Assembly (NCBI GenBank): GCA_964411345.1
Contig: CAYPKP010000001.1
Span: forward strand, 6,452-70,451
Source of the DNA: an uncultured Rikenella sp.
GTDB lineage: Bacteria; Bacteroidota; Bacteroidia; Bacteroidales; VadinHA17
Direction of reading: 5' to 3'
DNA length: 64,000 nt
Part shown: positions 35,275-42,294 of the stretch, piece after piece
Layout of the letters: the number at the start of each line of letters is the position of its first letter
Position numbering within the stretch: position 1 is the first letter of the stretch
Notes under the pieces: generated by a model
Databases searched by the model: none
What the model was told of the DNA's origin: nothing
The model's input: the letters and a program-made list of their open reading frames with translations, nothing else
Position numbers and translations under genes: made by a program

Positions 35275-37281
35275 TTACTTAATATCCTCAGCAAGTGCGT
35301 TTATCATCGTCTCCATTTCCTCGTCGGAATATGCAACAAGGTCGATGGCATTTGTCGGGCAGACCGGCAGGCACATTCCGCAACCCTTGCAGACGGAGTT
35401 ATTGATTGCAGCAATCTCCTTGCCTCCCTCAGCTACTTTTTTTACGGCGTCAAACGGGCAGGCTTCCATACATTTGCCGCACCAGGTGCAGAGGGCAGCA
35501 TCAACCCTGGCTATTATCGGCTCGAGCTCCAGCTCGCCTTTACTGACATAGGAAAACGACTTTGTGGCGGCAGAGAGGGACGAGTTCAATGACTCCGTGA
35601 TGTTTTTCGGACCCTGGCAGGCGCCGCATATTGTTACTCCGTCAATCACCGTCTCAACCGGCCTGAGCTTCATGTGGATCTCATTGAAGAAGTTATCACG
35701 TCCCTTCGGCAGCTTGAAGAGTGATGCAATGCTGTTGTCAGATCTGGGCACCATACCTGTCACAAGCACGATGAGGTCAGCGTTCACGCTTATCTCCTTT
35801 CCTGCCGTCATGATATCGTTGATTCTGACCGTGGTTTTTCCGTTTGCCCTGATGACTGAGGGAGGGTCATTTTCGTACGACTGCAGGTATATGTCACCCA
35901 TCTTGAGTGATTCGTTGTATAGCAGTTCCTGCTTGCCGTAAGTCCTTATGCCTCTCGTAAAGTGATAGTTGTTAACGGCTTTGAAACGCTTACTGGTTTC
36001 AATGGCTGAATGGATGACGGAGGTACAGCAGTAGCGTGAGCAATACCTGTTCTCGCCTGAGATGTCGTGACTGGCCTCCTCGTATGTGTCGGTCACACTG
36101 CCTGCGGGTGAGCTTGCACCGGCCTCAACCTGTCGGCTTCCCACGCAATAGATATATGCTATGTCATGTATAACCTTTCCCCTGAAAGTCAGCGTTCCCT
36201 CGCACATGTCGATTATGCGCTTGAACTGTGGCAGGGTGACCACATTGTCAAACTGCAGATATCCGAACTCACCTTCAGAAGGAGTGTAGGGATCAAATCC
36301 GGTTGACATCAGGACGGATCCGGCTTTTACTTCCACTATCTCCTCCTTTTGCGAGAAGTCGACGCTGGCGCATACCTTCTCGCATTCTCCGCACCTGGTG
36401 CAGTTTTTAATGTCAATTACCGGGTACTGCGGGTACTCACTCGGGAAGTTGTGGTATATGGCTTTCCGGGTGGTTATGCTGAAGTTAAAGTCATCAGGCA
36501 CCTCGACCGGGCAGGCGTCAATGGCTCTCTGAAGGTTGCCCTCGTCGCATTTTTCATTGATGTAACGGGGGGTCACCTTCACCTTCAGTGTGAAGTCACC
36601 TATGTTTCCGCTGTTCTCAATTACTTCTGCACCGGTCAGCAGTCTTATGTTGCTTCTTTTTACAATGTCATCATAGAGCCGGGTAATCAGCTCCTTTCCT
36701 GTCTGATCGGTGGTGAAGAGCAGGTCCCACTGCGCTACCCGGCCGCCGACAAAATGTTCTCTTTCAATGAGGGTGACCGGGCAGCCCATGTCGGCGAGCT
36801 CAATGGCAGCCCTCATTCCTGAAATCCCGGCCCCGATTACCGCCACGGCTTTCCTGGAGGGTATAGTGATCGGATCGAGTGATTCGGCCAGACGTACCCT
36901 GGCTATTGCTGACCTGACAAGGTGTATGGCTTTCTCCGTTGCTCCCGTCTTGTTGTCAGAGTGGGCCCAGGAGACCTGCTCCCTGATATTGGCATGGACG
37001 TAGTTGTACCTGTTGAGACCTGCCCGTTCTGCCACAGCCCTGAAGGTGGTGAGATGAAGTTTGGGCGAACATGAGGCCACGACGATGCCGTCAAGCTGGT
37101 TCGACCTTATGTCTTCGACCATCTCCTTCTGGGTCGCGTCGCTGCAGGCAAACATTGTTGTCCTGGCGAGAAAGACACCCTTATCATCTTCCACCGCCGC
37201 CTTCACCTTTTCCACATCCACATAGTCGGATATGTTACCGCCGCAATGGCAGATGTATACGCCTAATTTCCTGTTCATCAC
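35275..37281 (-). CDS. hdrA: Full-length HdrA-like flavoprotein (FAD, multiple 4Fe-4S)
   Basis: 668 aa. N-terminal domain VYICHCGGNISD, FAD fold VAVIGAGISGMRAAIELA, inserted ferredoxin CTRCGECEKVC, C-terminal CTWCGKCMEACP and CKGCGMCLPVCP. Confidence 0.85.
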   Translation of the reverse strand: MMNRKLGVYICHCGGNISDYVDVEKVKAAVEDDKGVFLARTTMFACSDATQKEMVEDIRSNQLDGIVVASCSPKLHLTTFRAVAERAGLNRYNYVHANIREQVSWAHSDNKTGATEKAIHLVRSAIARVRLAESLDPITIPSRKAVAVIGAGISGMRAAIELADMGCPVTLIEREHFVGGRVAQWDLLFTTDQTGKELITRLYDDIVKRSNIRLLTGAEVIENSGNIGDFTLKVKVTPRYINEKCDEGNLQRAIDACPVEVPDDFNFSITTRKAIYHNFPSEYPQYPVIDIKNCTRCGECEKVCASVDFSQKEEIVEVKAGSVLMSTGFDPYTPSEGEFGYLQFDNVVTLPQFKRIIDMCEGTLTFRGKVIHDIAYIYCVGSRQVEAGASSPAGSVTDTYEEASHDISGENRYCSRYCCTSVIHSAIETSKRFKAVNNYHFTRGIRTYGKQELLYNESLKMGDIYLQSYENDPPSVIRANGKTTVRINDIMTAGKEISVNADLIVLVTGMVPRSDNSIASLFKLPKGRDNFFNEIHMKLRPVETVIDGVTICGACQGPKNITESLNSSLSAATKSFSYVSKGELELEPIIARVDAALCTWCGKCMEACPFDAVKKVAEGGKEIAAINNSVCKGCGMCLPVCPTNAIDLVAYSDEEMETMINALAEDIK

Positions 37282-38576
37282 TTTCTGATTATGTAACTCA
37301 TTGCTTCTGATGATGCTGCTCCTGCCGAGAGAATTGAGTCGGGTATGTCCATCGGGCCCGATGCGGTTCCGGCCACGAAGACACCGTCGATGCTCGTTCT
37401 TGCCGGACTGGCCAGGAGGTCTGTCTGACAGACGAATTCAAAGGGATCAAGCCTGAGCTGGCCGCTGTCAAAAAAGGCAGCGTTGTCAGGATTGGAGACC
37501 ACGCCCACGGACAGTATCACCATATCATGTGTGGCTTCTTTGACGACATTGCCGTTTATATCCTCATAACGGAGGCTCAGGTCGCCGTCTTCCTTTTCAG
37601 TGATCATGCCTATTTTCCCCTTGACGAAATTGACTCCCATTCCCTTGGCCTGGTCATAGAACTCCTCGAAGCCCTTCCCGAAGGATCTGATGTTGATGTA
37701 ATAGATAGTCACGTCGGCCATGGGCAGGGCCCCCATGAGAAGCTGTGCCTGCTTTATGGAGTACATACAGCATATCTGGGAGCAGATGGGGTTTCCCACG
37801 GTGATGTCGCGTGAACCGGCGCAGAGTACATAGGCCAGCCTGCACGGCATCTTGCCGTCGCCCGGACGCAGCACGGTGTTGTAGGGGCGGGTGGGAGCAA
37901 GCAGCCTTTCCATCTGCATGGATGTGATTACATTCTTCATCTTCCCGTACCCGAACCGTTCTATCTTCAGAGGGTCAAACAGGTTAAAGCCCGTGGCGAT
38001 GATGACAGTACGCAGGCTAAGCTGATATTCTGCTGCCTCCTGGGTAAAGTCGATGCATTTGGTCGGGCAGGCTCTCTCGCACGCTCCGCAGAGAGTGCAG
38101 TTTTCAATGTCAATGGCAGCCACCCTGGGACTGGCAATGCTGAAGGGAATGTATGCAGCCTTGCGCCCCACCATGTCATACTGGTACTGGTCATTCACCA
38201 CAACAGGGCAGGCTTGTTCACAGAGCTGGCATCCGGTGCACTCCTCCTCCCTGACATACCGGGGATGCCTCATGACCCTGGCTTCAAAGTCGTTTTCACC
38301 TCTCTTTACAATCTTCTTTACCTCACTTCCGGTGATAATGGTGATTAACGGGTGTCTTGATATCTCAGACACCTTGGGTGTTGTGATGCATGCCGAGCAA
38401 TCGAGCGTGGGAAATACCTTGCTCAGGTGGATCATCTTGCCTCCGATGGAGAGATCCTTTTCGACAAGAATCACCTTAAATCCGTTGTTTGCCAGGTTCA
38501 GCGCCGCCTCGCCGCCCGCGATGCCGCCGCCTATCACCATTGCATCAAACGAATCCTTGATAATGTTTTCTGCCAT
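37278..38576 (-). CDS. Short HdrA/QmoA-like FAD and Fe-S oxidoreductase
   Basis: 432 aa. AMVIGGGIAGGEAALNLA, FPTLDCSACI, CTGCQLCEQACP, CTLCGACERACP. 4-nt overlap with the long hdrA. Confidence 0.8.
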   Translation of the reverse strand: MAENIIKDSFDAMVIGGGIAGGEAALNLANNGFKVILVEKDLSIGGKMIHLSKVFPTLDCSACITTPKVSEISRHPLITIITGSEVKKIVKRGENDFEARVMRHPRYVREEECTGCQLCEQACPVVVNDQYQYDMVGRKAAYIPFSIASPRVAAIDIENCTLCGACERACPTKCIDFTQEAAEYQLSLRTVIIATGFNLFDPLKIERFGYGKMKNVITSMQMERLLAPTRPYNTVLRPGDGKMPCRLAYVLCAGSRDITVGNPICSQICCMYSIKQAQLLMGALPMADVTIYYINIRSFGKGFEEFYDQAKGMGVNFVKGKIGMITEKEDGDLSLRYEDINGNVVKEATHDMVILSVGVVSNPDNAAFFDSGQLRLDPFEFVCQTDLLASPARTSIDGVFVAGTASGPMDIPDSILSAGAASSEAMSYIIRK

Positions 38577-38578
38577 GA

Positions 38579-38986
38579 TCAGCTCTGTGTGATTTGAAGT
38601 AAATACTGGTTGAAACTCTTGATCTGCTTGACGAAAGCCTCGCTGCAGACGGAACAGATTGCCGCCATGCGCAGACGTGCAGGTTCAAGTTTCTTCTCCT
38701 TCATCATCTCGTGGGTCATGCTTACCAGGCGACCCGTCTTCGCGGTGCAGCTCTCGCCATATGTGCAGTCGCTGCCGTCAGCAGCAATGAAGACACCGTC
38801 AAAGCCCTTTTCAAAGGCGTGAAGTATCCATGCAGGCTTGATGCCGGAGGAGCAGGGCACCGAGATAGTATATACAGTAGGAGGGTAGTGGAGCTTTAAT
38901 AATCCCGCCATATCAATGGCGGGATCAGATATCTTTTCGGTTGAAAATACCAGTATCCTGGCACTTTTGGTACTTATACCGGCCAT
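38579..38986 (-). CDS. MvhD/FlpD-like iron-sulfur protein
   Basis: 135 aa. ILVFS...VPCSSGIKPAWILHAFEKGFDGVFIAADGSDCTYGESC is the MvhD pattern. 2-nt gaps on both sides. Confidence 0.8.
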   Translation of the reverse strand: MAGISTKSARILVFSTEKISDPAIDMAGLLKLHYPPTVYTISVPCSSGIKPAWILHAFEKGFDGVFIAADGSDCTYGESCTAKTGRLVSMTHEMMKEKKLEPARLRMAAICSVCSEAFVKQIKSFNQYLLQITQS

Positions 38987-38988
38987 AC

Positions 38989-39240
38989 CTAGCTCTTCTT
39001 GAGGAAAATCCTGAAATATCCGCTCTCTTCAATGGTTCCCAGATATTCGTGTCCCTGTTTTGTGCACCACTTCGGGATGTCAACCTTAGTGCCCTCATCG
39101 GCGGAGAGTACTTCCATAATCTCTCCGGGCATTATGGTTCCGATAGCCTTCTTTGCTTCAAGCAACGGACCGGGGCATGCCGTGCCCCTTGCATCTACAC
39201 TCTTGGCCACTTTCAGACCCTGTAATTCTTCTGCTGTCAT
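38989..39240 (-). CDS. TusA/SirA-family sulfurtransferase
   Basis: 83 aa. DARGTACPGPLLEAKKAI carries the CPxP persulfide-carrier motif. Confidence 0.85.
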   Translation of the reverse strand: MTAEELQGLKVAKSVDARGTACPGPLLEAKKAIGTIMPGEIMEVLSADEGTKVDIPKWCTKQGHEYLGTIEESGYFRIFLKKS

Positions 39241-39335
39241 GATCTTTGATTTTAATGTGTTTTAAAATGATATAAGTTTCATTTGTCGCTGCCCGGATTT
39301 TGCATTGCAACAAACCCCGGATCTGTACATATATC

Positions 39336-39761
39336 TTATATAAAGAGATTGATGTCCGCCTCTTCTGCTGAACTCAGATAGGCTCCGATGCCGCAGATAT
39401 CGTCGGCCAGGTCAATGAAGTCATCCAGTTTCTCACCGCCCCATATCTTGCCGGCAAGTCCGCAGATATGGATTTTAACATCGGTTATCTCCTTTGCTTC
39501 CCTGAAAAATTCAACCCAGCTCTTCACGTTGAGATTCTTCAGTGACTGCATGAATTCCGACTTCAGCTCAGGATTCTCAGCCATCTGAAGCTTGCCGGCA
39601 TCATCGCCGATCTCCTTCTTGAAGGCGCGGGCACCCTGCAGCAAGACATAAATGTCAACCTTCATGTCCATAGCTGCTGCACCCGAAAGAATGACACCGG
39701 CAGCGGTTAGCTTGTCAACACTGCCCGTAAAAAGGCCAAGACACATTTTCTTTGATTCCAT
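39336..39761 (-). CDS. DsrE/DsrF/DrsH-like family protein
   Basis: 141 aa. Rossmann-like LGLFTGSVDKLTAAGVILSGAAA and a conserved-position Cys in IHICGLAG. First gene of the operon. Confidence 0.7.
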   Translation of the reverse strand: MESKKMCLGLFTGSVDKLTAAGVILSGAAAMDMKVDIYVLLQGARAFKKEIGDDAGKLQMAENPELKSEFMQSLKNLNVKSWVEFFREAKEITDVKIHICGLAGKIWGGEKLDDFIDLADDICGIGAYLSSAEEADINLFI

Positions 39762-39853
39762 ATTCAGATTTTTTTACTGTTAATTAGTTAACAAATAAAA
39801 TCATTGATCATATACGGTTTCAATTTTTGCCTGTGAGGTTAATTGTTTAAATT

Positions 39854-39869
39854 TGTGATATAGGTCACA
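39854..39869. promoter_or_regulatory. Perfect CRP-family binding site TGTGATATAGGTCACA
   Basis: TGTGA-N6-TCACA, 16/16 dyad. The centre is 28 nt upstream of the crp-like ATG (39890) and about 100 nt upstream of the dsrE-like ATG (39761). Confidence 0.6.
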
Positions 39870-39889
39870 TATTTTTAATTCGGGAACAG

Positions 39890-40567
39890 ATGGATAATAT
39901 ATGCAGGCTTTGCGGTATCAAGTCCAAGGCAGCATCAACCCTCAGTGAGGAGGAGATTGACGAGCTTTCATTCAACTGTGCGATGGCAAGTTTTGGAAAG
40001 GGCGACCCGATTGTCAAGCAGGGGACCTTCTCAACCAACGTAGTCTATCTCCGCAAGGGGCTGGCCAAGATCCATATTGCGGGTCCGTACCACGAGCAGA
40101 TAGTGCGTATTGTCAAGTCACCCTCATATCTTGCCTTGCCAACCACCTTCGGTGACAAGATCAACCAGTACTCTGTCACCGTTATTGAGCCGTCAGAGGT
40201 CTGCTTTATAGACATGGTTACTTTCCGCCGCCTCATGAGCAGCAATCCCGAGTTCGCCTACGAGATCATGCTCGAAGTCTGCAGGAATGAACTGGAGGCT
40301 TTCAACAGGTGTGTGAACAGGACTCAGAAGCAGATCAGGGGGAAGATTGCAGATGTTCTTCTGGAGATGTCAGAGAGGATCTTCAGTTCTGACACATTCA
40401 ACATACCGGTCAACCAGGAAGAGATAGGTAACCTTGTCGACGCCTCGCGTGAGAGCGTCAGCAGGGTGCTGAATGAATTTGCCGCGGACGGCATACTCAG
40501 CCTCTCGGGAAAGAAGGTCAGAATACTGAACAAGCAGACCTTGCTAATAATAAGTGCCAACGGCTAA
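39890..40567 (+). CDS. Crp/Fnr-family transcriptional regulator
   Basis: 225 aa. cNMP-binding-like beta-roll FGKGDPIVKQGTFSTNVVYLRKGLAKI. HTH EEIGNLVDASRESVSRVLNEF (RE..SR recognition helix). N-terminal CRLC pair. Confidence 0.85.
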   Translation: MDNICRLCGIKSKAASTLSEEEIDELSFNCAMASFGKGDPIVKQGTFSTNVVYLRKGLAKIHIAGPYHEQIVRIVKSPSYLALPTTFGDKINQYSVTVIEPSEVCFIDMVTFRRLMSSNPEFAYEIMLEVCRNELEAFNRCVNRTQKQIRGKIADVLLEMSERIFSSDTFNIPVNQEEIGNLVDASRESVSRVLNEFAADGILSLSGKKVRILNKQTLLIISANG

Positions 40568-40617
40568 GCAGTGATCTGCCGGTCTGGGACCCGGAAATGA
40601 AACAGGATTAGCCGGCT

Positions 40618-41106
40618 TCAGAGCTGACCTGCGACTGATGCAAACTGCAGACCGTTGCCGGAGTTGTGAAGCATTCCTGCAAGCATGTTTTTCTCCTTCT
40701 CCGTTTTCCTGAGCATATAAAAGAAGATGGTTGCCGCAGATTCACTGAGGGCATTCTCTGACGCCAGAATATTATACAATTTAATGAGACAATCGTCAAA
40801 ATGAAGCTGGATCCTGATGAGGTCCTCCATGGTCAGTCTCTCCTGCAGGTCAAGCACCCTGAAGCATTCCGAGATCTGGTCCGACAGTTTGTCGCAGGGA
40901 AAATCGAGCCAGCAGTTCATTGCCGCAGCTATCCTTTTGTGTCTTTCCAGGTATTGCTCCCTGGATTTTTCATGCTGAAGCATTTCACGTAACAGGGATT
41001 TCATTTTCTTCTCTTCAGTCCTGTCATAAACAGTGCTGTAGAGTTGAGCCACCTGCCTGTGATACGACTGTATCTGTCCTATGATTTCACTTTTCTGTCT
41101 GTACAT
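40618..41106 (-). CDS. Hypothetical helical protein (possible four-helix bundle)
   Basis: 162 aa, predicted all-helical, with His/Glu-rich segments (LQHEKSREQYLERHKR, IQLHFDDC). No family recognised. Confidence 0.45.
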   Translation of the reverse strand: MYRQKSEIIGQIQSYHRQVAQLYSTVYDRTEEKKMKSLLREMLQHEKSREQYLERHKRIAAAMNCWLDFPCDKLSDQISECFRVLDLQERLTMEDLIRIQLHFDDCLIKLYNILASENALSESAATIFFYMLRKTEKEKNMLAGMLHNSGNGLQFASVAGQL

Positions 41107-41230
41107 GATATCCTCCTTCCTGTTTTAGGGTTACCCGGGTCTAAATCCATCCGGGTATCTCCTGCAGTAAAGGTCGGAAACTTAAGTAATTCATGATTAG
41201 CTTAGTAGCCAGTTCACGGCAAGGAAGCGA

Positions 41231-41244
41231 TTGATATATATCAA
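41231..41244. promoter_or_regulatory. Perfect FNR-type box TTGATATATATCAA
   Basis: TTGAT-N4-ATCAA, 14/14 dyad. About 130 nt upstream of the ATG at 41106 (minus strand) and about 100 nt downstream of the fnr-like stop. Confidence 0.55.
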
Positions 41245-41347
41245 ATTCTTGTTTGAGGAGATCCTGTTTTGCATGCAGGGCAGGGCAGCCATTGCCGGGC
41301 CACCCGGGGTTGTGTCCGGCAGCATTGTGAGAGGGGAGGGATGCCGG

Positions 41348-42040
41348 TCATCCTTTCTGACTTATCACCTTAAGCCGTTCAATATCCCTGATCTCAATCC
41401 TTTTGCCATCCAGCTCAATGATCTTCTCACTGTTGAATTCCGAAAGTATCCTGACCACGCTTTCCATCGCTATACCTGACAGCTCGGCCAGATCCTTCCT
41501 GGTGATATAGTTAAAGATGTCAGCAGTGCTGAACTTCTCCCTGTTAAGGTAGAGCAGGGTATTCGCAAGCTTGCCGTGCAGCTGCCTGAGGCCCAGGTTC
41601 AGGCATTTGGTGAGCATGATATTGTAGTTTTCACAGTACCAGCTTGAGAGTTCACGGGAGAATTCACAGCATTCTGTAATCAGGTCCTTGATGCTCTGGC
41701 GCTCCAGGGAGCATACTTTTGTCTCCTTGAGGGCTGAGGCCGAAAAATAGAATGTATCATCACCGAACAGTGAAGTCAGTCCAATGAAATCGTGGGAGGT
41801 AAGGAGCTTGATAATTATATTCCTTTCAGGACCTTCGATATAGACCTTGACCAGGCCGTCAATCACGTACAGTATCTCTGTGACACGCGTGCCTTCCTTG
41901 ATTATGGTTTCGCCCTTCCTGTATGTTATATGGGATTTCTTCTGGTTGAAAAATTCATCCACCTTCTTAATGCGCTGTACAAAACACTGTTCACGTGCAG
42001 GGCATTCGTTGCAGTCTGTCTTTACAAGATAGCGGTCCAT
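41348..42040 (-). CDS. FNR-like [4Fe-4S] oxygen-sensing Crp/Fnr regulator
   Basis: From the ATG at 42040: C10-X2-C13-X5-C19 (DCNECPAREQC) plus C110 in SASALKETKVCSLE, mirroring E. coli FNR C20/C23/C29/C122 and its SAQALETSMVCEIP context as I recall it. HTH GIAMESVVRILSEF compares with FNR GLTVETISRLLGRF. The track ORF extends to 42172. Confidence 0.8.
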   Translation of the reverse strand: MDRYLVKTDCNECPAREQCFVQRIKKVDEFFNQKKSHITYRKGETIIKEGTRVTEILYVIDGLVKVYIEGPERNIIIKLLTSHDFIGLTSLFGDDTFYFSASALKETKVCSLERQSIKDLITECCEFSRELSSWYCENYNIMLTKCLNLGLRQLHGKLANTLLYLNREKFSTADIFNYITRKDLAELSGIAMESVVRILSEFNSEKIIELDGKRIEIRDIERLKVISQKG

Positions 42041-42294
42041 ATGTAAAGGTTGCAGGTCTTTAAGGGTGACAATGGAAGCACCTGCGGATCCTGATCGTGA
42101 AAGTACAATATTTTCCGGAAAAATGAGGTCCGGATATATTGACTCTGCCCGGCAGAACCCCTGGTTGATCATATAACAGCTCCTCCTGGCCGTCAGATGA
42201 GGGGCAACAATATTTCCGTCAATAAATCGTAATTTTACATGAATAGAACAGGCTTATTCTGTACCTGCAGAGCTGCCTGACAAACCAGGATGTC

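Noticed and set aside
33823-39761. Hdr/Mvh-like genes as archaeal contamination or chimeric assembly
   Set aside because: The block is contiguous with Bacteroidota hallmark genes on both sides and has a similar base composition by eye. It has the same tight operon style as the flanks and sits behind CRP/FNR-type bacterial operators.
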